Source of the DNA: Octopus sinensis
Taxonomy: Eukaryota
Reading direction: 5' to 3'
NCBI RefSeq assembly: GCF_006345805.1
Contig: NW_021836984.1
Location: 1-22,180 of the forward strand
Length of the DNA stretch: 22,180 nt
Positions within the stretch are counted from its first letter, which is position 1, and every line of letters starts with the position of its first letter. The notes below the pieces were generated by a model. It had not been told where the DNA came from and did no database searches. It saw only the letters and a list, made by a program, of their open reading frames with translations. Shown in pieces: positions 1 to 10,186 of the stretch. A program made the translations under genes and the position numbers.

Positions 1-414
1 CTTATATCAAGATAAATAGCGCACGAACTTACAGGTGGGGCCCAGTTAGAATTTTCTTCAGGTTGAGTAACCTATCCTACGCAAAAGGTCCTTGAAAATA
101 GTTTGTTTAAGGATGACGAACAAAACACCCATGTTTCGAGAGGGGAATTATTCAAACCCGAAAGAATTCCTCTCAACACATGGCTATGATGCTCCCCCAC
201 TACTTCTGCTCATGATCAGAGATAGCACATATCGTCAGCCACTAAGGGACATGCTCAACTGGTTAAGGTCAAACAACTGACAAGCAAATCTGTGGTATTG
301 AGCAGAATATTTGCTGTAGCCCATCTTTTATACCAAGACAAAACAACGTACGTGATAACACTTCCAATCAGTTAAGATCAGAAGCCATGAGAGCCACTGC
401 CTGGTCATCAGGGC
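1..414 (-). mobile_element. Interspersed non-coding repeat (SINE-like/non-autonomous retroelement), cut by the window edge
   Basis: Complex non-coding sequence ending abruptly at an (ATT)n array. I recognise it from memory as an abundant octopus repeat; no ORF homology. Class and strand are tentative. Confidence 0.4.
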
Positions 415-418
<4 letters not shown>

Positions 419-462
<44 letters not shown>

Positions 463-487
463 TATTATTATTATTACTATTATTATT
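419..487. repeat. (ATT)n microsatellite, ~23 units with two ACT variants
   Basis: Directly visible. Confidence 0.97.
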
Positions 488-650
488 CAGGTCACTGCCT
501 GGAAAAATACCTTAGGAATGAGAACCCAGGTTCGAAATTTACCTAAGACACCCGATGAAGGCTGGAAGGTATACCAGCCGAAACGTTGTGTTAACAACAA
601 ACAAGATGAGGACAAATATCCGTCAACTGTAAATAGTATAAATAATGTAA
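488..650 (+). mobile_element. Fragment of a hammerhead-bearing repeat (Penelope-like pLTR / retrozyme-type)
   Basis: Contains the hammerhead motif at 547-592; minimal type-I hammerheads are characteristic of Penelope-like elements. Boundaries approximate. Confidence 0.55.
547..592 (+). ncRNA. Minimal type-I hammerhead ribozyme motif with a U4C core variant
   Basis: GACAC (547-551), CCGATGA (552-558; canonical CTGATGA), A, stem II GGCTGG/CCAGCC (560-565/574-579), GAAA (580-583), palindromic ACGT (583-586), U17 (587), GTGTT (588-592) pairing with GACAC as stem I. Confidence 0.7.
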
Positions 651-758
651 AGTGAAGATATGTTTTTCTGTAAAATTTATGGCCTATCTTGTGACACACG
701 CACAAAAACAGAATGCATTGCAACCATAATCGAACAGCAGGATTGACTGAATGATATC

Positions 759-967
759 CTTTATCTGTTCCAGACATTGGACTGCGACCGTGCTGGAGCA
801 CTATCCTTCAGTAGAGGGTCTTAGTGGAACAATTCGACTCCAGTATTTATTCTATCGGTCTCTTTTGCCGAACCGGTAAGTGACGAGGACGCAAAAGCAC
901 CAGCATCGGTTGCCAAGAGATGTTGGGGGAACAAACACAAACACACACACACACGCACGTACACGCA

Positions 968-998
<31 letters not shown>

Positions 999-1147
999 CA
1001 TATGTGCGACGGGCTTCTTTTAGTTTCCGTCTACCAAGTCCACTCACAAGGCTTTGGTCGGCCCGACGCTATAGTAGAAGACACTTGCCCAAGGTGCCAC
1101 GCAGTAGGACTGAACCCGGAACCAAGTGGTTGGTAACCAAGCTACTT
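759..1147 (-). mobile_element. tRNA-derived CORE-like SINE (family 1), diverged copy; its 5' head is displaced to ~1899-1922 by an insertion
   Basis: Colinear with copies at 2160-3044 and 18310-18726. Minus strand has a B-box-like GGTTCAGTCC, CORE-like CCTTGGGCAAGTG and an internal (CA)n(TA)n tract. Confidence 0.85.
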
Positions 1148-1898
1148 TATTTCATACTTTTTTTTCTCTCAACGAGGACAACAGTTCAAATCCCACCCCC
1201 GCTGGGGGGCGAGACGTAACAACGAAGCCTACAACGTTCGAAATTAATTTTTTTACCACACAATAATAAAAATACAGAATACCCCAAAACGGGAGACCTA
1301 TAATATTTTTTTCTCACAACGAGGATAAAAGTTCAAATCTCACCCCCGCTGGGGGGCGAGACGTAACAACAATGCCTACAACGTTCGAAATTAAATTGTT
1401 CACACAGTAATAAAAATACAGTATCCCCAAAACGGGAAACCTATATTTTTTTTCTCAACGAGAACAACAGTTCAAATCTCACCGACGCTAGGAACGGGTG
1501 TCACATAGAGCCTACAACAGCTAAAATATAATTTTTCACGCAGTAATAAATTGATTATCCTAAAAACCGGGAAACCTATAATATTTCTTTCCTCTTAATG
1601 AGGATAACAGTTCAAATCCCTGCCCGGCTCGGGGTGGGGGGGCGACAATATAGCCTACAACGGCTTTAATAAGTTCAATAAGTCAACAGTTCACAACTGC
1701 AAAAATGGCTTTACACAAAGAATTACTTTCTCCCGTCACCGGGAAAAAGCAGAGAAATTTTCAAAGTTTAAAAGTTCGACAATGTCCAACAGTTCGAAAA
1801 TATTCAACGATAAACATACAACAATTCCAATAGAAAACGTTTGACTCACCGCCAAAAATGAAAAACACGTCTATCCACGAAAGATGTTGGCAAGCACC
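1148..1898. mobile_element. Non-autonomous insertion with an internal tandem array (Helentron/pearl-like or unclassified)
   Basis: Interrupts the SINE between GCTACTT (1141-1147) and ACCACACAGCC (1901-1911). Contains ~3.5 tandem units plus a ~230 bp unique segment. No TIRs or ORF found; right boundary uncertain (1885-1898). Confidence 0.55.
1158..1665. repeat. Tandem array of ~3.5 units of 139-147 bp
   Basis: Anchor GTTCAAATC recurs at 1184, 1331, 1470 and 1610 (periods 147, 139, 140). Units 1-2 are near-identical; units 3-4 are more diverged. Confidence 0.92.
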
Positions 1899-1922
1899 TT
1901 ACCACACAGCCACTCCCACGCC
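1899..1922 (-). mobile_element. 5' head (A-box region) of the interrupted family-1 SINE
   Basis: TTACCACACAGCCACTCCCACGCC matches TTACCACACAGCCACTCCTGCGCC of the intact copy (18703-18726). Confidence 0.8.
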
Positions 1923-2159
1923 TATAATGATAACTTATTTGAATTTTTTATGTGTATATATATAAATACACACATACGATGGATTTCCTTAAGTTCTCGT
2001 TTAACAAATCCACCCACAAGGATTAAGCGGAGCAGAGAATATAATGGAAGACGACTAGGCTGTAACGCTTTTAAGTTGCTTATGGCTTACGCAATTTTCA
2101 GGATAGTTTTAAATATATTTATTTCACTAAATTAGTTGTTTCTCATACGCTTTAATTAC

Positions 2160-3044
2160 TCATTCACTCTTTTGCTGGTTTCAGGCATTTGACAGCGGCC
2201 AAGCTGGAGCACCGCCTTTAGTCGAGCAGATCGACCCCAGGACTTATTCTTTGTAAGCCTAGTACTTATTCTATCGGCTCTCTTTTGCCGAACCGCTAAG
2301 TTACACATAAACACACCACGATCTGTTGTCAAGCGATGTTGGGAGGACAAACACAGATACACAAACATACACACACACACACATATATATATATATATCG
2401 ACCCCAGGACTTATTCTTCGTAAGCCTAGTACACATAAACACACCACGATCTGTTGTCAAGCGATGTTGGGAGGACAAACACAGATACACAAACACACAC
2501 ACACACACACACACACCACACACACACCACACATATATATATATATAATAATAATATATATATATAATATATATATATATATCGACCCCAGGACTTATTC
2601 TTCGTAAGCCTAGTACTTATTCTATCGGTCCCTTTGCCGAACCGCTAAGTTATGGGGACTTAAACACACAACGATCTGTTGTCAAGCGATGTTGGGGGAC
2701 AAACACAGATACACAAACATACACACATCGACCCCAGGACTTATTCTTCGTAAGCCTAGTACTTATTCTATCGGTCTCTTTTGCCGAACCGCTAAGTTAC
2801 GGGGACATAAACACACCACGATCTGTTGTCAAGCGATGTTGGGGGGACAAACACAGACACACAAACGCACACACATATATATACACATATACATATATAC
2901 GACTGGCTTCTCTCAATTTCCGTCTACCAAATCCACTCACAAGGCTTTGGTCGGCCCGAGGCTATAGTAGAAGACACTTGCAGTGGGACTGAACTCGGAA
3001 TCATGTGGTTGGTAAGCAAGCTACCACACAGCCACTCCTGTGCC
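2160..3044 (-). mobile_element. Family-1 SINE with a 4x tandemly amplified internal segment
   Basis: One tail (2160-2230) and one head (2900-3044), with unit starts ATCGACCCCAGGACTTATT at 2230, 2397, 2581 and 2727. Confidence 0.9.
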
Positions 3045-3410
3045 TATTGATTACTTATTTAATATTTACTTGATATTACTTAATATTACTTTAATTTTCT
3101 TTTTCCACCTCATTTACTGTATCCTAAGAAAATTGAATATATTTAAAAGTTACATACAACGCGCATTTATTGAACTAAGCAACAACAAGCTGTTTTTTAC
3201 GAGACAGGGGAGGTAATGCTTGCAATTAGTAATGGCTGTGATGTGAACGTTGTAAATATTGGTTTAGGTTTAACGGTAGTGATGTCTAGTGGTAGCCTAA
3301 GTACTGTTGGTATTACTAGTGGTATTTTAATTCGTCTTTGTAGTAATGGCTGTTTAGCTCGTGGTGTTATTCGTAGTATATTTTTAGCGTTATTTTTCTT
3401 TATTGCCCAC

Positions 3411-3618
3411 AAGGCGGCGAGCTGGCAGAAATGTTAGCACGCCGGGCGAAATGCGTAACCGTGTTTCGTCTGCCATCTACATTCTGAGTTCAAATTCCAC
3501 CGAGCTCGACTTTGCCTTTCATCCTTTCGGGGTCGATAAATAAAGTACCAGTTACGCACTGGGGTAGATGTAATCGACTTAATCCCTTTGTCTGTCCTCG
3601 TTTGTCCCCTCTATGTTT
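3411..3618 (+). mobile_element. tRNA-derived SINE (family 2), 3'-truncated; exact inverted copy of 3824-4031
   Basis: A-box-like TGGCAGAAATG and B-box GAGTTCAAATTCC (3486-3498). 208/208 identity to the reverse complement of 3824-4031 by manual comparison. Confidence 0.9.
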
Positions 3619-3796
3619 CTTTATTGCCCACAAGGGGCTAAACATAGAGGGGACAAACGAGGACAGACAAACGGATTAAGTCGATTACATCTACCCCAGT
3701 GCGTAACTGGTACTTTATTTATTGACCCTGAAAGGATGAAAGGCAAAGTCGACCTCGGCGGAATTTGAACTCAGAACGTAACGGCAGACGAAATAC
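3616..3796 (-). mobile_element. Family-2 SINE, 5'-truncated copy (first of a head-to-tail pair)
   Basis: Reverse-complement match to family 2 with several private differences. Confidence 0.88.
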
Positions 3797-4031
3797 CTAT
3801 TTTTTTACTATCCACAAGGGGCTAAACATAGAGGGGACAAACGAGGACAGACAAAGGGATTAAGTCGATTACATCTACCCCAGTGCGTAACTGGTACTTT
3901 ATTTATCGACCCCGAAAGGATGAAAGGCAAAGTCGAGCTCGGTGGAATTTGAACTCAGAATGTAGATGGCAGACGAAACACGGTTACGCATTTCGCCCGG
4001 CGTGCTAACATTTCTGCCAGCTCGCCGCCTT
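3797..4031 (-). mobile_element. Family-2 SINE, full-length copy
   Basis: Reads AAGGCGGCGAGCTGGCAGAAATG... on the minus strand; B-box present; tail ends at ~3797. Confidence 0.9.
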
Positions 4032-4039
4032 AAAATGGC

Positions 4040-4350
4040 AACAGCGTTAGGAGTAGTCGTAGGAGACTGATGGTAAAGGCAATAAGGGACGGTATTTGCG
4101 GTGATGATGTTGGTGGTGTTGGTGGTTAAGCTGGCAGTGGTCGGAGTAGCGGTGGTAGTAGAAGTGGCAACGACAGTAGGAACGGTAAGGGTGGCAGGAG
4201 TAGAAGAACAGTATTGATGATCATATTGAAAATGGAGGTAGTGACGTAGTTTGAGGTGGCGATAAAAAGGGGGGGCGGAGTTTAAGCAGTGGTGACGGAG
4301 GGGGTAAAAATGGCAGCATTTGTTAAGTGGTGGTTGTGTTAGCGGAATCA
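4040..4350. repeat. GTG/GTA/GCA-rich low-complexity tract
   Basis: Degenerate trinucleotide composition. Confidence 0.65.
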
Positions 4351-4365
4351 TTGTTGGTGTATATG

Positions 4366-4894
4366 TGCATGTTGGTGTGCGCGTGTATGTGTGTGCGCGT
4401 GCGTGTGCGTGCGTGATTGCGTATGCTTGTGTGTGCATGTATGTACGTAGGTATATATGCTGTATTTATCACTCTATCTATATATCTATTTACATCTATA
4501 ATTATATACACATGTATACATTCATATATATGCACATATGCATGAATTTATGCGTCTATGAGTAAATATCTATCTATCTATCTATATATCTATCTATCTA
4601 TCTATCTCTATATATATATATATACATGTGTGTGTGTGTATACATGTATATATATAAGTATGTGTACATATATGTATATATATTTATATACATACACACA
4701 TATATATGTATATTTATATACATACACATATATTTATAGAAATAAATATGTAACTATATACATGTATATATATAAACTATTTACATCTATACATCTATAT
4801 ATATATATATATATATTATATAATAAATATATATATATATATTTGTATCCATCTCTCATCTCTCGATCTGTCTCTACACTCAAGTTTATACGTA

Positions 4895-4927
<33 letters not shown>

Positions 4928-5215
4928 ATATAATATATGGTGTGTGTGTTGTCTGTGTGTGTGAATTTATATATATATATATTTATACATATACATCGTG
5001 TAGGTGTGTGTGTGTGTGTTGATGTGTGGTGTGTGGTGTTCGCATGTATTCTCGCACTTGCAAGTGTGTACAGGAAAGGAAGAGAGAAAAGGAAAACGAA
5101 AGAATGGCGAAAAAAAAATCGCTATTCTGTTATAGTGACATTTTCGGTTATGTAACGAGGAGAGAGGCACGGTTCCATTATGAAAGTATCTCTTTCAGTT
5201 ACATACTCATACACA

Positions 5216-5249
<34 letters not shown>

Positions 5250-5876
5250 ACACACGCAAACACACCCATGTATATATACTTGAACACAATTATACACACA
5301 CACATTCAAATATTTATACACATACAATACTTAAATGCACAATCTTATATATATATATATATATGTATATTATATATAATATATATATATTATAAAGGTA
5401 TACGTATATATGCATTAAGACACACACATCTATCTGTGTGGGTTTACTTGCATCACTGCACACTATTATATAAGTGTATATAATATATACATATATACAA
5501 CCCATATATATATACGTATGTGCATCTTAATAAAATACACACAAACGCACGCATTATATATTCTTTTTCATTTGTGTGTATGTTGTATTTGTACGAGTGT
5601 AAGTTTTATATTAACACATATACATACACATACACACACACGCACAAACTCACAAAAGAACATGAGTTTTTGTGTGTCTCTGTATTTATATTAGATGTCT
5701 ATATATTTTAATGTTCTCAGTTTAGTTGCGTACAAAAGAATAGGCTTAAAGATCGGAGATACGGGGGAAAACTACAATGAAATATTAGAGAATGATGGCA
5801 CACATAACACGAAGCGATGGGAAGAATAAAGTATAAAACCGAGCATGGAATTGGAATATGTATATATATATATATA

Positions 5877-5922
<46 letters not shown>

Positions 5923-5933
5923 ATATATATATT

Positions 5934-5964
<31 letters not shown>

Positions 5965-6020
5965 ATATATATATATATGTATGTATATATATATATATAA
6001 ATATGTATTTATATATATAA

Positions 6021-6051
<31 letters not shown>

Positions 6052-6509
6052 GTGTATATAATATATATATGGTGTGTTGTTATAATATATATGTATATAT
6101 ATATTTATATATATATATATATAAGTTAATATAGATAATGTGTGTGGGTGTGTACATATATAATGAATGATATGTATAGTAATAATACTTATATTATATA
6201 TTTATATATATGTTTATATATATATATTATATATAGTTTATATATATATATATGTTTATATATATATAGTTTATATATATATATATATATGTTTATATAT
6301 ATATATAATATGTTTATATATATATATATGTTTATATATATATATATATATGTTTATATATATATATTATATATGTTTATATATATATATATATGTTTAT
6401 ATATATATTATATATATATATGTATATATATATATATGTATGCATGTATATATGTATGCATGTATATATATGTGTGTATATATATATGTATTATTTATAA
6501 TATTATATA

Positions 6510-6542
<33 letters not shown>

Positions 6543-6621
6543 AATATGTTTATATAGTTGGAAAATGCATATAGCATGCAAATAGATACATACATACATA
6601 CATATATATATATATATATTG

Positions 6622-6659
<38 letters not shown>

Positions 6660-6752
6660 TGTGTGTATGTGTGCGTGTATGTAATGCATATTAAATAACC
6701 ATCCTCAAGTACACCCCTTCAGGCACGCACCTCACATTAACGTTATACATAA

Positions 6753-6789
<37 letters not shown>

Positions 6790-6839
6790 CTCACACACAC
6801 ACATATATATATATATACACACATATATGTATATTGTAT

Positions 6840-6884
<45 letters not shown>

Positions 6885-7426
6885 ATGGGTGTGTGTGTAT
6901 ATGTATACATATGTATGTATTACCTGGCGTTTTAGAATTAAAGCACGCGTAAATGTAGTTACACTTTCAAAAATATATATGTACCACTTTGTACATTTAC
7001 ACACACGAAGAAATACCACACACACACACACACATGCACACATATCTGTGTATATTACACGCAAACATAGACATATTTTGTAGCAATTGAGATGCATGAG
7101 GCATAAGATAGCAATATCCCCAGAACGCCAAATACAAGCGGAAGATACTTGCGCAACATAAGATAGTCCGTCATTAAGGAAGATATAGGCACACCTTTAT
7201 AAAGTGGAAGCATATAAATAATATATATAATATATATAATATATATATATATATATGTATGTATGTATATACATACATGTGTGTGTATACAGTATACACG
7301 CAGGCAAATAAAAATATCATCGAAAAAGATTACATAGCGCCCATTATTATTCGCAACACTTTTTCATATAATTCCATTTATACATGCACACCTCACACGC
7401 ACACACACACATACACGTACACGCAT

Positions 7427-7479
<53 letters not shown>

Positions 7480-7702
7480 AGTGTGTATGTATGTATGTAT
7501 GTATTATAAACATAAACGCACACACATATATTTACAGTTACTTTCACTTTTACGTAATTTAATATTGTGTACATATGTATATATACATATATATGTATAT
7601 ATATGGATATATATATGTATATATATACATATATATATACATTTGTTCATTTTACCGCGAGTTGATATTGCATATAGATGTGCATCCATGTATGTAAGTG
7701 TC

Positions 7703-7743
<41 letters not shown>

Positions 7744-7810
7744 TATACACACACATGTATGGTATATATATATATATATATATATGTTTTGTATACTTGT
7801 ATATATATAT
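4366..7810. repeat. Large compound microsatellite field: (TG)n, (TA)n, (CA)n, (TCTA)n, (TATG)n with short unique spacers; densest (TA)n block ~5858-6690, including a (TA)n-GTT minisatellite ~6205-6400
   Basis: Directly visible. Confidence 0.95.
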
Positions 7811-8205
7811 TTTAGAGGAAATTTTTTTCCCTTTTCCATTTACATTGCCACTGCAAAGTGCCAGAAAAGAAACATTGTGCAAGTTTCTCCAAAGACATGA
7901 TATTAAATGCTAAGAGATAAGCCAAAATTCTTTAGCATTATTTAGGTTTATAGATTATAAACTAAATCTCTTTCCAAATGGGCTGTGAGTATTGATAGGA
8001 GAATCATTGTAAATATATATATGGCTACCACCTTAATGTAGCATCCGTTTGTTTGCGTTAGCGTGTGCTCCTGTTTTTGTGTCTTTATATTTTATTTTAC
8101 GATTCAGAGATTTGAGGTATGTTTAATAATTTTTTTTTATATATTTTGTAAACCATAAGGTCTGTTATTATTCATTTGATTTAGCATTTCTTTATATATT
8201 TTCCA

Positions 8206-8206
<1 letters not shown>

Positions 8207-8264
<58 letters not shown>

Positions 8265-8283
8265 CATTACTATTATTATTTTT
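8207..8283. repeat. (ATT)n microsatellite
   Basis: Directly visible. Confidence 0.95.
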
Positions 8284-8319
8284 ATGATGTTTGTTTTTGT
8301 TTGTTTTTTTCATTTGTAG

Positions 8320-8550
8320 GGCGGTGCATACGCAAAATCGCTAGTGCGTCGCATAAAATGCTAAGTGGCATAGCATTTCATCCGGCTTTTTACAATCCGA
8401 GTTCAAATTCTTTTAATGTAAACGATGCCTGTCATGATTTTGGGGTCAATAAAGTAAGTACTAGTTGAACACCGAGGTCGACTATACACCCCCAGAAAAA
8501 ATGACCCCCCCCCACCAAAAAAAACAAACAAACTCAGGCCCTTTGTTGCT
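8320..8550 (+). mobile_element. Old, degenerate family-2-like SINE
   Basis: GGCGGTG..., GAGTTCAAATTC, TTTGGGGTCAATAAAGTAAGTACTAG and GAGGTCGAC are colinear with family 2. Confidence 0.6.
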
Positions 8551-8568
8551 AATGATTACAGTATGTTA

Positions 8569-8604
8569 TCACTCACAATGTGTGAGATTGTTTCATGTTT
8601 GCAT
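8569..8604 (-). mobile_element. Distal remnant of the R4/Dong-like element (second half of the CCHC zinc knuckle)
   Basis: Minus strand translates CKHETISHIVS, continuing the HCRI that ends at ~9203. Confidence 0.6.
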
Positions 8605-9202
8605 CTACACATCCCAACTATGGCCACCACACAATATAAAGCTAACAGCAGAACTGGAAGCAATTCAACGAAGCTACACTAAAAAGATCGTCTCAATGCA
8701 ACATATCAGTTACTGGGAAAGACTGAAAGTATTAAAACCCTTCTACCTGGAGCGAAGGCGGGAGAGATATGCAGTGATATACATCTGGAAAATCCTGGAG
8801 GGTCTTGTCCCAAACTTTGGCATTCAAAGTTACTCCAACTGCAGAACGGCGCGCCACTGCATGGTGCCAAAGATTCCAACATCACCATCAAAATACAGGA
8901 CCAGATACTGCAACAGCTTGGGTTTCAGAGGACCACAGCTCTTCAACATCCTCCCTAAATGCCTGAGAGACCTGCATGGTGTGGATGTGGGTTTCTTTAA
9001 AACTAAACTGGATCTCTTCTTGTCGGGAGTCCCAGATGAGCCTACCTCTCGGCAGGAAACACAGAAGCGGGCAGCGGCATCGAACTCCCTTGTTGATCAA
9101 GTGCCACGTATCAGAGGTGGTTTCACATACTAGTGTAGCTCATTCAACGGTGGTGCCCCAGCATGGCCGCAACCTTCGGGCTGAAACATTTTTAATGATT
9201 TA
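8601..9202 (+). mobile_element. 5'-truncated CR1/L2-group LINE: ORF2 C-terminus plus 3' UTR
   Basis: Open frame SQLWPPH...LEAIQRSYTK...YWERLK...LERRRERYAVIYIWKILEGLVPN...FKTKLDLFL, stop at 9131-9133, followed by a 3' stem-loop and a short tail. The ORF-track N-terminus from 8465 is spurious. Confidence 0.85.
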
Positions 9203-10045
9203 AGTATCCTACAATGGAGCGATTCACTGCTCTTATCTATTTAGACCTTGGTTTAATTAGTGTTAAATGATCAGTGCGTTCTTTTGTATCACGGTTCCTT
9301 TTAGCTATCTCCAAGCATTGGTTTTGATTTTCATTTCAACTTCTCTGAGGTGTTGCCCATGCAGTGCTTTCATTTCGCTATTGTTTATTCTTTGTTCATC
9401 TTTTTTCTTATTTAGGTGCGTCATATTTTCGGTAGGTATCGTGTTATTATTTCTAACTGCTGCAAGCATAGATTCACTCTCCTGGTTGATGTACCAATCG
9501 GGACTGTTCTTCTCGTTGGCAACACAGATCTTCAATCCTGGGACGTCTCCCTCCATTGTTCTTAGGCACATACACTCTAATCAATATCGCTTTTTGCGCA
9601 CAGTCCCTTCTTAATTGTCATCGTTTCCTTCGTTTTCCTGTTCACTTCTTCAAGCTCGTTCTAAACAGCCCATATGTTCATCGTCCCGATTTTGTTCTTT
9701 CCATTGAGTCAACTTTCCAATACTTAATTCGGTTCTGAGATATTCCCACCTAAATCTTTCCTTCATTTCACTTTCCCTAATTTAGTCATATTCCAAAATA
9801 CTCAGACACTTATATCCGTCTCAACATCGTTGATTTTCTCGCCGTTAGGTAGTTCGACACCATCAGACAATACCTTACTTTTTGTATTGTAAACATACCA
9901 CATTTTGTTGAAACCAGACCATTTATTTCGCGTTCGGTCTACCAAAAGCTCTTTAAGTCATCCATATATAACTGATGGTTTAATTTTCCTTCACTTTTCA
10001 ATATGAACCCCGATGTCATTTTCGTAGTGTTCCTTTTATTTATAG
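9203..10045 (-). mobile_element. Degenerate R4/Dong-clade non-LTR retrotransposon fragment (RT domain to zinc knuckle)
   Basis: Minus-strand translation gives LNHQLYMDDLK (YMDD at 9951-9968 region), KCGMFTIQK, WYINQESESMLAAV, KALHGQHLRE and IDKSSESLHCRI, with stops and frameshifts. Confidence 0.8.
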
Positions 10046-10186
10046 GGTGGTGCGTAGGGAAAATCGCAAGGGCGTCGGATGAACTTATCGGGAATTCTGG
10101 GTTTTAAAGACATTTGACCTGGTGGGAGATCCTGTTCTTCAGTTTATTAGGCGAGGACAGGTTCCGCTGGTTAGGAAATCCTTCTA

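Noticed and set aside
395-502. 10-bp direct repeat CACTGCCTGG (395-404, 493-502) flanking the (ATT)n
   Set aside because: The two copies belong to different adjacent repeats and are not positioned like a TSD; cannot be distinguished from coincidence.
2230-2900. CRISPR-like repeat/spacer appearance of the tandem units
   Set aside because: Eukaryotic context; the 'spacers' are homologous SINE sequence and microsatellite; no cas genes.
7060-7225. 52-aa minus-strand ORF with a hydrophobic stretch (MLPLYKGV...LVFGVLGILLSYASC)
   Set aside because: Short, unrecognised, embedded in microsatellites; compatible with chance.
3899-7913. Numerous long ORFs (YI/TH/VC-rich) in the ORF track
   Set aside because: Translations of stop-poor (TA)n/(CA)n/(TG)n and trinucleotide repeats; no protein-like composition.
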